A stretch of DNA of 64,000 bases. Source: an uncultured delta proteobacterium (GTDB lineage Bacteria; Desulfobacterota; Binatia; UBA9968). The notes under the pieces were generated by a model, which saw only the letters and a program-made list of their open reading frames with translations, ran no database searches and was not told where the DNA came from. Shown piece by piece: positions 26,181-36,378 of the stretch; position 1 is the stretch's first letter, and each line of letters starts with the position of its first letter. The DNA is taken from positions 832,001-896,000 of the forward strand of contig CAVSHR010000004.1 in NCBI GenBank assembly GCA_963727625.1. The letters run 5' to 3'. The position numbers and the translations under genes are program-made.

Positions 26181-29100
26181 ATGCCTGTGCCCATCGCAGC
26201 GATCTTCGTAAGCTCCACCTGGGTGGATTTGCAACCCGAACGGGCCGCCGTTGAAAAAGCGCTCCATCGCTTCCATGAGGCGAAGTTTGTCGGCATGGAA
26301 TATTTAGGCAGCCGCGATGAAACGACGCGCCGCGCATCGCTCGACGAAGTCGATCGCTCGCAGCTCTACGTTGGAATCTTCGCCGCTCGCTACGGGTCAG
26401 GGATCACCGAGGCGGAATATCGCCGCGCCCGAGAGCGCCAGCTCGATTGTCTAATTTATTTTAAAGCCGAAGACGCCATCGCGCCGGAGATGCGCGATGC
26501 CGACGCAGCGAGCGCGCAACGCTTGGCCGGCCTCAAAGAGGAATTGCGTCACCACACCGTCACGACGTTTTCGACCGCCGACGATCTCGCCGTTGAAGTC
26601 ACCGCCGACGTACACCGCTGGCTGTTTGATAAATTTCTCAAGGAACGTTTGCAGCAGGAATCGGTCGGCGAAATTTTTAGCTCAAAGACCGGTGAGATTA
26701 ATGCATCCGGCGCGGAAGCCTTCCGGCTCCAGGTCGGCTCATCGCTCGGCAGCGTCCTCTACGCGGCAGCCACGCCGGCACCGCGCCGCCGAACAACCCC
26801 GCTATTACCCAACGTCAGGCGCTTCCGCGGTTTGATCGATCGCACCATCGAAGTCGAAACCACGCTGGCGGCCCTGCCCACGGCGATACCCATCGAGATC
26901 CATGGCGAGACCGGCGTGGGCAAGACGGTGTTGCTGCGCACCATCGCGTATCATCCAAATTTGACCGGCAATCCCGATGGCGTCGTCTACCTCGACCGTG
27001 TCGGCGGCGAGCCCGCTGAAGACTTGCAGCAATGTTTGTACGAAAGTTTTTATGAAAGTGCGCCGCGGATCAAACCGCGCGAGGGCGAACTGCGCCAATT
27101 ACTGCGCGAACCGCGCGCCCTCGTTTTGCTCGATGATGTAACCCAACCCCAACCGGAGCTTGAGTCGCTCTTCAACCTACTGCCGAATTGCTTGTTTTGC
27201 ATCGCTTCCGAAGAACGACGCCTTCACGGCGAGGTTAAGGCGATCGCCCTCACAGGTTTGTCCGCCGCAGACGCGCTGACCTTGACCGAACGCGAGCTCG
27301 GCTCGACGCTTTCCGAAAAGGACCGCGCCGCGGCGCGCCAGCTCTGCGGGCAAGTCGATGGCATTCCGTCCCGGGTGATTTTGGCGATCGCGAGCGCGAA
27401 ACAACAAAGCATTCCTCTTGCTGATTTCGGCACGGCCGACGAATCCACTCGATCTTCCGAACAATCGCTGCGGCACAATATCGAGTCACGCAATACTACT
27501 GAGCGGCGCGTTCTGGCAATGCTCGGCGTGCTCGGCGCATTCGTCTCCAAGGACGCCCTTGCCGCCTGCCTGCCCTCCGGGTCTCTCGAGGCACCGTTGG
27601 AAGCGCTCGTGGATGGCAAATTGATCCAGATCGAGGGCAGCACGATCTCGTTATTCCATGGTGTGGCAAACGCCATGCAAACTGTAACCGACGCGGACGG
27701 AACCTGGCTTGAAGCTCTGCCCAGATTGGCCAGTTGGTCTGAACAACATCGTGCCAATGCCGAAGCGCTCTTGCTTAACTCGGAAGTGCTTCAACGGGCC
27801 ACCGACTGGGCGGCAAACCATGCCCAATGGCCCGAGGTTCTGCGCTTGGTGCACGCTCTCGAACCGACCTTGAGCGCCAGTGGTCGTTGGATGACGTGGG
27901 AGAAATTGCTTGACCTTGCCGCACGCGCCTCCGAAGCATTGGGTGATAGCGCGAGCCGTGCCTGGGCGCTGCATCAATTGGGCAGCCGGGCGATTTGCCA
28001 AGGTGAACGGGAGTCCGCAAATAACTTCTTGCAGCAGGCATTAGCCTTGCGCGTCGAGCTCGGCGACCATTGGGGCGCCGCGCTGACCCGGCACAACTTG
28101 GATCTCTTGCGGCCGCCCGTTTTACCCGGTGGCAGCAGCGCGCCACAGCCATCGGCGAAACACGATGGAGAAATCCCAACGGCTCGGTCCAAGCTAGCCA
28201 GGATTCCCCGCGTGCTTAAATTGACCGGCCTTGGAATCGTGGCGCTCGCCACCGGATTAGCCGCGCAAATTTTTTGGCGCCATGCGGCGATTCCGTTCAG
28301 GTTGGAATTCTCGCCGCCGAGTTTGGAGTTTGTGAGCGCGGCGCTCAATCAACCTAGCCCGGAGCAAACCCTGAGCGTCACCAATCCGGGAAACGCATCG
28401 CTGACCATCCGTAACGCGAGCCTTAGCGGCCCGAGCAGCGGCGCTTTCACTCTGATCGAAAACCGATGCGAGGCTAAACTGCTATCCCCTGGCTCTGCGT
28501 GCAGCGTTCGTCTACGCTTCACACCCGGTAGCACCGAACCAAGCACGGCCCGGCTGATCTTCAACGAAAGCGGCGGCGATCAAACCGCAACAATCGACCT
28601 GCGCGGCGGCATTGAATCGGCCCCCGAACCGACGGCCGCTCCGGTTTTGTCGGTACGGCCCGAATCGGTTGAATTCGGCGGTCGCGAGGTCGGCAACCGA
28701 GGGCGCATCGAGATTACCGTCATCAACAGCGGCAACGCTCCACTGCTGTTGGGCAAATCATCGATTGCCGGCAGCGCTGCCGAAGACTTTGCGGTGGCCC
28801 GCAACGCTTGCGCTAACAGGCCAATCGCACCGCAGGCCGAATGTGCCATCGATCTCACTTTTACTCCCCGCGCCGAGGGCGTGCGCGATGCCGCGCTGGT
28901 TTTAACCGCAAATGACGGCGCGCGCCAGCAAATCACGTTACGCGGCGCAGGAATTTCCCGGCCGGTCGGCGCGATCAGGGCGGAACCGGCCGAAGTGGGA
29001 TTCGGCGAAGTTGATTTACGTCGGCGCGCGGAAGGACAAATAAATCTTGTCCATGGCGGCGCTGCCGCCGTTGAGATCGGCAGAATTGCAATCCGTGGCA

Positions 29101-30476
29101 ACCAAGCCAGCGACTTCACCATCACCGCCAATGGCTGTCAGGGTATTACTCTAGCCGCAGGCAGACGCTGCCGGCTGATCGTAAGTTTTGCGCCGAGCGA
29201 GCCGGGCCGCCGCGAGGCGACCTTGATCATCGCCGACAACACCCCCACTGGCGAGCGCAGAATTCCGTTGACGGGTTTCGGCCGTACTCCAGCGGTGGCG
29301 CGCCTACAGTTCGATCCCGAATTCCTCGACTTCGGAGAACGCGCTCCGAATGCTCCGCCGTTGTTGCGCGGCGTTCTCGTTCGAAATAGTGGCAGGGTCG
29401 ATGTGCGCATGGGCCGCGCGGCAATTTTTGAAGCTAATGCGCGCAATTTTTCGATCAATTCCAATAGTTGCCAGGCTACATTGAGGCGTGAAGCGAGCTG
29501 CCGGATCACCGTAGCTTACCGAGCGCTGGCGGCAGGGGCGCACGACGCCGTGCTACGCATCGAATTTGACCGCGCCCGACGCGACATTGGACTGCGCGGC
29601 CATGCGTCAGCCAAGCCAATTCCGATCGCAGGTTTCGCCCCAAGGCGGCTCGACTTCGGCGAGCAAATTTTGCGCGGCCGGGGCGGGAGCCGGGATGTTA
29701 CCGTGCAAAACCGGGGAACCGGCGAGTTAGTCATCACCCGCGTGGAAATCAGCGGAAGCAACAGCTTCGCCGTGGCAAATCGCTGCACCACGCCGATCCG
29801 CGAGCGCGCCAGTTGCATGCTGCGCGTCAGCTTTTCACCGAGCACCCGCGGCCGCCAAAGCGCGGTTCTGCTCGTCGGCCACAACGCCGCCAACAGCCCT
29901 CAACGGATCCCTCTAAGCGGCGTCGGCGCTCTGCCTGCGACGCCGAACATCGACGTCAATCGCGAGCGCCTTCAATTTGGTGATCAGACGGCCGGCACCA
30001 CCAGCGCAGCACAAACGGTGACGATCACGAGCACGGGAGCGGCGCCTCTGGCGATCCGTGCGGTCTCCATTGAAGGCCGTCAAGCTGCTAATTTTACGAT
30101 GAGGGACGACTGTGCCAATCGGGTGCTTTCTCCTCGTGAGCGGTGTCAGATTTCCCTGCGCTTCGCGCCGAAGGCACAGGTGGCGGCCCGAGCTGCGTCA
30201 ACAAAGCAGCGCACCGCTGCTTTGGTCATCAACCATAATGCTGCGCGGAGTCCACGTAGAATCACCGCCAACGGCACGGCGGTGATAAAACCTACGAAAC
30301 CGGTAATTCCACGGGGTCTCAAGGTCGATCCCGATATCCGGGTTTTCGGGAGCGGCTGGTGCTGCACTAATGGTAGTGTTCAAAAATCAACACGCGCGCA
30401 GTGTGCCGAAAAGAAGGGAAGTTTCTTTGCGGACCAGCAAAGCGCTCAGAGCCGCTGCATTCCGGTCATTCGATAA
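26181..30476 (+). CDS. DUF4062 - STAND NTPase - TPR - TM - 6x Ig-like (choice-of-anchor D/ASH type) - Cys-rich tail protein
   Basis: IFVSSTWVDLQPER..GME..LYVGIFAARYGSGITEAEY; GETGVGKT; LVLLDDV; AWALHQLG..ALALR.ELGD; hydrophobic LTGLGIVALATGLAAQIFW; six P..L.FG..N.G..C..C..F.P..L.G repeats; GWCC..C..C. Confidence 0.85.
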   Translation: MPVPIAAIFVSSTWVDLQPERAAVEKALHRFHEAKFVGMEYLGSRDETTRRASLDEVDRSQLYVGIFAARYGSGITEAEYRRARERQLDCLIYFKAEDAIAPEMRDADAASAQRLAGLKEELRHHTVTTFSTADDLAVEVTADVHRWLFDKFLKERLQQESVGEIFSSKTGEINASGAEAFRLQVGSSLGSVLYAAATPAPRRRTTPLLPNVRRFRGLIDRTIEVETTLAALPTAIPIEIHGETGVGKTVLLRTIAYHPNLTGNPDGVVYLDRVGGEPAEDLQQCLYESFYESAPRIKPREGELRQLLREPRALVLLDDVTQPQPELESLFNLLPNCLFCIASEERRLHGEVKAIALTGLSAADALTLTERELGSTLSEKDRAAARQLCGQVDGIPSRVILAIASAKQQSIPLADFGTADESTRSSEQSLRHNIESRNTTERRVLAMLGVLGAFVSKDALAACLPSGSLEAPLEALVDGKLIQIEGSTISLFHGVANAMQTVTDADGTWLEALPRLASWSEQHRANAEALLLNSEVLQRATDWAANHAQWPEVLRLVHALEPTLSASGRWMTWEKLLDLAARASEALGDSASRAWALHQLGSRAICQGERESANNFLQQALALRVELGDHWGAALTRHNLDLLRPPVLPGGSSAPQPSAKHDGEIPTARSKLARIPRVLKLTGLGIVALATGLAAQIFWRHAAIPFRLEFSPPSLEFVSAALNQPSPEQTLSVTNPGNASLTIRNASLSGPSSGAFTLIENRCEAKLLSPGSACSVRLRFTPGSTEPSTARLIFNESGGDQTATIDLRGGIESAPEPTAAPVLSVRPESVEFGGREVGNRGRIEITVINSGNAPLLLGKSSIAGSAAEDFAVARNACANRPIAPQAECAIDLTFTPRAEGVRDAALVLTANDGARQQITLRGAGISRPVGAIRAEPAEVGFGEVDLRRRAEGQINLVHGGAAAVEIGRIAIRGNQASDFTITANGCQGITLAAGRRCRLIVSFAPSEPGRREATLIIADNTPTGERRIPLTGFGRTPAVARLQFDPEFLDFGERAPNAPPLLRGVLVRNSGRVDVRMGRAAIFEANARNFSINSNSCQATLRREASCRITVAYRALAAGAHDAVLRIEFDRARRDIGLRGHASAKPIPIAGFAPRRLDFGEQILRGRGGSRDVTVQNRGTGELVITRVEISGSNSFAVANRCTTPIRERASCMLRVSFSPSTRGRQSAVLLVGHNAANSPQRIPLSGVGALPATPNIDVNRERLQFGDQTAGTTSAAQTVTITSTGAAPLAIRAVSIEGRQAANFTMRDDCANRVLSPRERCQISLRFAPKAQVAARAASTKQRTAALVINHNAARSPRRITANGTAVIKPTKPVIPRGLKVDPDIRVFGSGWCCTNGSVQKSTRAQCAEKKGSFFADQQSAQSRCIPVIR

Positions 30477-30610
30477 TCGCCGATCATGATGATTTGCGCT
30501 TTAACTTTCATGGATCGTGCGAGTGGTGCCGCGCGCATCCCACGCGCAAGATTTTCTTGCATTCGCGCGCGCGCTATTCTATGTTTGCAATAGTTTAGCG
30601 CGGATCAACT

Positions 30611-31804
30611 ATGAGTCTTCGCAACCAAACCACCATCGTCGCCGTCGGTGAGACCCCAACGGATCGTTTAGGATCGAAACCGGGTGAGCCGCGCAAGTCC
30701 AGCGCCGAATATATTTCCTGGGCCATGCGCCTTGCCTTGGAAGAATCCGGTCTCAGCTTGAAAGACTTGCAGGGCCAGGGTCTCGGTGTCACCATTCCCA
30801 CCGCTTACCCGCAACCCTTCTGGCCGGAGGAAGTCGCGGAAATTCTCGGCATCACGCCGGGATTCTTGCAGGGCGGCGCCACCGGCGGCGCCGGTGCCGT
30901 TTCACTGCTCGGCGGCATGGCTGCGGCGATCAATTCAGGGATAATCGACATCGCCCTGGTATGCGGTTCCGCCGCGCCATTCTCCGAACACTGGGGCGGC
31001 GGCATTCAACCCGGCGACATGCGCGATTGGGAAATTCCCTACGGCACCATGGGACCGAACAGCAAAATCGCCATGGTCATGCGACGCTATATGCACCAAT
31101 ACGGGGCGACGCTGGATCATTTCGGCAAGATCGCCGTTGCCGGCCGCTATCACGCGAGCTTGAACCCGCTCGCTTATCTGCGCAAACCGATCACCCTCCA
31201 AGACTACAAAGAATCTCGCCTGGTCGCCGATCCGGTGCGCTTGCTCGACTGCGTCATGCCGGCCAATGGTGGAAGAGCCTACATTCTCGCTTCTCCGGAG
31301 CGAGCGAAAACACTACGCAAGAAACCGATTTACCTAAAAGGATTTGGCGAACGGAGTAATCCATCCTACGGCCCGCGCGCCGGCTCCGATGCGCTTGTCA
31401 TGGGGGTCAAAGACGCCGGCAAAGTCGCTATGGAGATGGCCGGCGTCAAGCATGGCGACATTAATTTCCTTGAACTCTACGACGATTACATCATCGTGGT
31501 TTATTTGCAGATCGAAGACCTCGGTTTCTGCGCCAAGGGAGATGTCAGTTTTTACGAGCGGACGGATTTTACCTTCAATGGGAAGCTGCCGATCCAAACC
31601 GGCGGCGGCATGATCAACTGCGGCCAACCATCGACTGCCGGCGGTACGCTGCATATCATCGAAGCCGTGCGCCAATTGCGTGGTGAAGGCGGCGACAGAC
31701 AAGTACCGAACGCAAAGGCCGGGCTTGTCACCGGCTTGGGCGTGCTTCCCTACGGCAAAAACCTTGGCTGCTGCGCGGTGGCCATCCTCGGAAACGAAAT
31801 GTAA
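30611..31804 (+). CDS. SCP2-type thiolase-like protein
   Basis: IVAVGET, HASLNP.A, LLDCV, LELYDDY, QTGGG, EAVRQLRGEGGDRQV. Confidence 0.9.
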   Translation: MSLRNQTTIVAVGETPTDRLGSKPGEPRKSSAEYISWAMRLALEESGLSLKDLQGQGLGVTIPTAYPQPFWPEEVAEILGITPGFLQGGATGGAGAVSLLGGMAAAINSGIIDIALVCGSAAPFSEHWGGGIQPGDMRDWEIPYGTMGPNSKIAMVMRRYMHQYGATLDHFGKIAVAGRYHASLNPLAYLRKPITLQDYKESRLVADPVRLLDCVMPANGGRAYILASPERAKTLRKKPIYLKGFGERSNPSYGPRAGSDALVMGVKDAGKVAMEMAGVKHGDINFLELYDDYIIVVYLQIEDLGFCAKGDVSFYERTDFTFNGKLPIQTGGGMINCGQPSTAGGTLHIIEAVRQLRGEGGDRQVPNAKAGLVTGLGVLPYGKNLGCCAVAILGNEM

Positions 31805-31810
31805 GAATTT

Positions 31811-32242
31811 ATGGCCGAAGTAGACGTTAGAAAACCGGTGCCCGCGATCACCCCCGAAGCCAAACCTTTTTGGGACGCCGCAGCGCAGAGCCGTCTGGTG
31901 ATGCAACACTGCAAAGATTGCGGCGCTTGGGTGTGGACACCTCGACCGTTGTGCAACGAGTGCGGCAGCGAGCACATCGAGTGGACGCCGATGAGCGGCA
32001 ACGGCGAAATTTATTCCTTTACCGTAATCCGCCAAGTGGTCGGCCGGGCCGCATCTCAAGCTTTCGCGCCTGACATCCCCTATGTCATTGCCTGGGTTGA
32101 TCTCGACGAAGGTCCGCGCATGATCACGAACATCGTAAATTGCCCCGTTGAAGACGTTACGCTCAGCATGAAAGTCTCGGTAGTCTTCGAGCAAGCATCA
32201 AAGGACATTTGGCTGCCTAAATTCAGACCGGCCGTCGGTTGA
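31811..32242 (+). CDS. Zn-ribbon OB-fold (DUF35) protein, thiolase partner
   Basis: PFWDAA, CKDC..CNECGS, PYVIAWVDLDEGPRM. Confidence 0.92.
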   Translation: MAEVDVRKPVPAITPEAKPFWDAAAQSRLVMQHCKDCGAWVWTPRPLCNECGSEHIEWTPMSGNGEIYSFTVIRQVVGRAASQAFAPDIPYVIAWVDLDEGPRMITNIVNCPVEDVTLSMKVSVVFEQASKDIWLPKFRPAVG

Positions 32243-32249
32243 ATTCCCC

Positions 32250-32790
32250 CAGCGCACGCACGCCCGCGAAACCAAAAGCTTATCGCCGTCGCCCTGCACA
32301 CCATGGCACATGGCGCCGTTAGCCAAGTAAACCTGCCTCGCCCAAGGAAGCGGCGAAGGAAATGTTTTATTTGGCGCGGCGCTTCGGCGGCGCCAATTTC
32401 CCGTTCCCAACGATGTTTCAGCGCCGCGATCACCAAGCTCTTGAATCGAAAGGCTGAAGAGACGATGTCTCCGGCAGCGCATCGATGCATAAGTGAATAT
32501 TGGGCCGCATAGGGGCCGCTGGAAAATGGCACCACCGCCACCCCGCGGGTTGATGTGACGGAAGCGAACTTCACCTTTGGGCCCCTTCCATTCGACGTTA
32601 TACATGGTCTGGCGCACCCCAGTGAAGGGAAGCACGCGCTCCACGGTAAAGCCCCTCAAGTATTTTTCCGCATACTGTTTGGCGATTTCCTTGGCCGGGT
32701 CCAACGAGACCGCTTCACCGGGACCGTACTCTGGATTTCCATTTGCGTCGCGATGATCTGAATGGCTTGGAGTACTGCTAAAAATGCAAA
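32250..32790 (-). pseudogene. Fused remnants of a PepSY-like protein and a cytochrome c
   Basis: AKEIAKQYAEKYLRGFTVERVLP..YNVE..HINP followed by VYLANGAMCHGVQGDGD (CxxCH with the first Cys lost). Confidence 0.45.
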
Positions 32791-33002
32791 TAATGAAAGC
32801 CAACGACTTGCGTGCAAAGCGACGATCGGTAATTTCATGGAACAAAACCTCCGCTACAGCGATGTCCCCCCTTCCATACTCGCGGCAGAACGCTAGTGTC
32901 AGGAAAGGTGGCGTCATCACTCAGTGCTTTTTTAGTTTTTCTTGTGTTGCTTCGACGACTTGGGTTAATCAAGGAAGAATATCCTTTGCTCTGGAGATTC
33001 CG

Positions 33003-34460
33003 ATGGAAGAGATCCGTATCATCGATACCACCCTGCGCGACGGCAACACTAGTCTCTGGGCGCACAATATGACGACGGGCATGATGCATCCGGTCCTGCG
33101 CCCCATGGATCAGGCCGGCTTCGATGGAATGGAGTTCTTCGTCAGCGGCCGCTTCAAGAAAGTCGTCCGCGAGCAGCGCGATAATCCCTGGGACTGGGTA
33201 CGTTACGGTCACAAGGAGATCAAAAATACCCGTCTGCGCTACCACGGCGGGTTGAGCAGTGGCTTTACGCTTACCCCGGCTTGCATTCCCCGTCTGATCA
33301 TTGAGCGGGTGGTTCACTACGGCATCACGCTGACCCGGCTTTCCGATCCGTGGAACGATTATGACAAGCTCGGCAAGGAGGTCGCCGAGCTAAACACCCT
33401 TGGTATGGAATCGGTGGTCAACATCATTTACTCGATCTCGCCGCGTCACACCGACGATTATTACGCGCGCAAAACGCGCCAGGCGGCGGCGACGAAACCG
33501 TATCGGCTTTGTTTTAAAGACGTCGGCGGCATGCTCACGCCGGAGCGTGCCCGAACGCTCGCGCGCCTGATTCTCGATAACGCCGGAGATGTTCCGGTTG
33601 AATTCCACGCGCACTGCAATAACGGGCTTGCGCCGTTCAACCTTCTAGAAGTTGTCAAGCAAGGGCTTCGCATCGTTCACACTTCGGTGCCGCCGCTCGC
33701 CAATGGTTCAGCGCAACCGTCCATCTTCAATGTCGTGCGCAATCTATGCGCACTTGGCTACAAACCTTTAGTCAACGAAAAGGTGCTCGAACCCATCGAG
33801 CAGCACTTTCGCCGAATCGCCTGGGCAGAAGGCCTACCCATTGGCGCGCCACGCGAATACGACGAGACCTGGTATCGCCACCAGGTTCCCGGCGGTATGA
33901 TTTCCAATCTGCGCCACCAGCTCAAGATGCTCGGCAAAGAAGACAAGATGCAAAATGTGCTCGAAGAAATCGTCCAGGTCCGCGCCGAGTTCGGCTACCC
34001 GATCATGGTTACGCCCTTTGCGCAATTCGTTGGGAGCCAGGCCGCTATCAACACCATGACTGGCGAACGCTACAAGGAAGTCACCGACCAGGTCATTCAG
34101 TACGCGCTGGGACTTTGGGGCAAAGAAGGCGCTGACTATATGGACCCTGAAACTAAAGCGAAGGTGCTCAATCGCCCCCGTGCTCGCGAGCTAGAGAGAT
34201 TTGAACGCCCTGACCTGTCATTGGCGGACGTGAGAAAACAATACGGCGGAGCGGGCCTATCGGACGAAGAATTGCTGCTCCGCTATTACGCCGGACCCGA
34301 GTTCGTTGACGCACTCAAGTCGTCAGCTCCGAGAAAAGAATATCTCGACGCCCGCAAGCCGCTGGTCAAGCTCGTGGAAGAGCTTGTCAACAAAAATCAG
34401 GCGGCGCATGTTTACATCAGGCGCAACGAGTTTACTCTGTCCGCCGGGCGCAATCGGTGA
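33003..34460 (+). CDS. Pyruvate carboxylase B / oxaloacetate decarboxylase alpha-like carboxyltransferase, no biotinyl domain
   Basis: DTTLRDG, LCFKDVGG, EFHAHC, HQVPGGMISN, GYPIMVTPFAQFVGSQA; no EAMKM. Confidence 0.88.
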   Translation: MEEIRIIDTTLRDGNTSLWAHNMTTGMMHPVLRPMDQAGFDGMEFFVSGRFKKVVREQRDNPWDWVRYGHKEIKNTRLRYHGGLSSGFTLTPACIPRLIIERVVHYGITLTRLSDPWNDYDKLGKEVAELNTLGMESVVNIIYSISPRHTDDYYARKTRQAAATKPYRLCFKDVGGMLTPERARTLARLILDNAGDVPVEFHAHCNNGLAPFNLLEVVKQGLRIVHTSVPPLANGSAQPSIFNVVRNLCALGYKPLVNEKVLEPIEQHFRRIAWAEGLPIGAPREYDETWYRHQVPGGMISNLRHQLKMLGKEDKMQNVLEEIVQVRAEFGYPIMVTPFAQFVGSQAAINTMTGERYKEVTDQVIQYALGLWGKEGADYMDPETKAKVLNRPRARELERFERPDLSLADVRKQYGGAGLSDEELLLRYYAGPEFVDALKSSAPRKEYLDARKPLVKLVEELVNKNQAAHVYIRRNEFTLSAGRNR

Positions 34461-34729
34461 GATCAGACCTCGCCCAATTTCGAAACACTTAAGCCGCAGC
34501 CTGGGAACCCCACGACCTTTGTCGGTCCGGGCATATTCCGCTCACGCACCATCCAGCGATATCCGGGCAGTTCTGCGACGGAGGGCGTCCCTACTTTTCG
34601 TTTAATCCAGCTGATTCTTTCCCATGATTCCGAAAACTATTTGGTACCAAGACCGTTTCTAGTGAAGAACCCTGTACAGGAAACCGGGTTTCGCTAAAAC
34701 GTCGGAAGAAAACACAGGAGCAAACAACC

Positions 34730-35275
34730 ATGCTCAAAAGAAAATCGTTCCAGGTTGCCGCCATTTTGGTTGGCGGCGCGCTTGCCCTGCCACCCGTCCT
34801 TCTTGCCGCCGAGAAAGACAACATGATGAAAGACGATAAGGGTAAAATGGTGGAAGAGACGGGCGGGAACATGAAGGAGAATAAAGCCGGCGCCATGAAA
34901 CCGGACAAGGGAAAGATGTCGAAGGACAATATGAAGCAGGAAAAAGGCAAGGCCAAAACCGGCACTGACAAAATGAAAATGAATAAGATGGAAGACAAGA
35001 GGATGTATTCGTCCCGTCTATCCGAATCCCCGCGGGTCGTCGAGTCAGACGAGATCGGCCTGTCCTCCCAACGGCCGTCGCCGGTGGCATCCCGCTTCTT
35101 CGCCGACGGCCGGCCATCGTTATTAGTTAATCACCAAAAAACTCACGACGATGTCTCGGAAGTGCGTGAGTCCTTCGGAAGCTCGGGCACACATGAAGAA
35201 GTCCATCAAATTCAACTGCGCGGCAACTGCTATGACCGGCAATCAATCTCAGCGGTGTCGAGTCACGCCGGTTAA
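34730..35275 (+). CDS. Secreted Met/Lys-rich low-complexity (MXKDX-like) protein; true 3' end probably near 35010
   Basis: Signal peptide then MMKDDKGKM..MKPDKGKMSKDNMKQEK..KMEDK; AGGAG RBS. Confidence 0.6.
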   Translation: MLKRKSFQVAAILVGGALALPPVLLAAEKDNMMKDDKGKMVEETGGNMKENKAGAMKPDKGKMSKDNMKQEKGKAKTGTDKMKMNKMEDKRMYSSRLSESPRVVESDEIGLSSQRPSPVASRFFADGRPSLLVNHQKTHDDVSEVRESFGSSGTHEEVHQIQLRGNCYDRQSISAVSSHAG

Positions 35276-35343
35276 ACCATTTGCCAATTCGTATGACTCC
35301 GCTCCGACTCCAATGCTTTCATATCTTCATCCTGCTTCTCGAT

Positions 35344-36147
35344 TTATTGAACGCTATCGACGAATTGCGCGTCCGCGCGCCGGATGAAGCCCGGCGGGTT
35401 GCCCCGTCGAGAGCGCACTTCGAGCCAATCGCCGCGGGTGCTGACAACGTTGACCCGAACGCCGCTAGGAATATTGGCCACCACTCGAGAGGATGGCGAT
35501 GCGGATTCGAACAAGGTCGTAGCGCGAAGGGTTTGGTAAATTCCCGGACTGACGCCAGCGCGCGACGCAGACACGGGCGGGGGCGGTCGATTGGCGCGGC
35601 TCGAGGGCGGCGCATCCCGTCCTGCGGGCTTAAATTGCGGCCGTCGCTGCTCTGGTTTCGGCGCGGGCGCAGGAGTTTCCAACGGTGGCGGCGATGCAGC
35701 CTTCGGCGGTCTCGGTATGAACAAAGAGGATTGCGATTGTTCGCTCCCCTCGCCAGAAGATTTGTTTTCTTCGGTCGCGGAGGCCAGCGGAGGCCCTTTG
35801 GTTTGCGGGACCAGCGCTTCTGCCACGCTAGTTTTCTGTGGGGTGGGCTCGCGCAGCAGATCGGTTCCAAAATAGACGCCGGCAACGGCGAGGACAATCA
35901 CGACGATTGCGCCCGCGATGATCATCCTCATGTTGCTGTCGACCGCATCCCTCGGCGGCGAAAAGGGCATCATTTGCTGGCGACGATTGCTCACCTCGGC
36001 AGGTCTCGCCGGCGCAGTCGGTTCTGTGGAAGTCGGAGATGGAGCATAAACTGCGGAAGGGTCCGGGGCTCGCCCGATCCTGGCTCCGCACCCCTTGCAG
36101 AAATTGTCTTCCGGATCAATTTGTGTGCCACATTGCGTGCAAAACAT
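35344..36147 (-). CDS. Zinc-ribbon / TM / Pro-rich linker / SH3-like protein
   Basis: MFCTQCG..FCKGCG; TM IIAGAIVVIVLAVAGVYF; C-terminal GVRVNVV..GDWLEVRS..GFI. Confidence 0.8.
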   Translation of the reverse strand: MFCTQCGTQIDPEDNFCKGCGARIGRAPDPSAVYAPSPTSTEPTAPARPAEVSNRRQQMMPFSPPRDAVDSNMRMIIAGAIVVIVLAVAGVYFGTDLLREPTPQKTSVAEALVPQTKGPPLASATEENKSSGEGSEQSQSSLFIPRPPKAASPPPLETPAPAPKPEQRRPQFKPAGRDAPPSSRANRPPPPVSASRAGVSPGIYQTLRATTLFESASPSSRVVANIPSGVRVNVVSTRGDWLEVRSRRGNPPGFIRRADAQFVDSVQ

Positions 36148-36378
36148 ACGCGATTCCTCCAATGGTAAAATCGCGCCGGAGCGCGATTTGCGCAAGAGCG
36201 TATCCAGGCCCTCCGGCATCTTTTACCGCCATCGACGCCGGCATAGCGAGACATAGGATCTCGAAACCAGCCGGTGACGGATCACAATTCCTTGAATTTT
36301 TTAACCCGAAGCGATATTGAAGCCCTAACGCAAATGATTGTTTCTTCCACGGCAAACTTCAACACCCGGAGCCTAATC

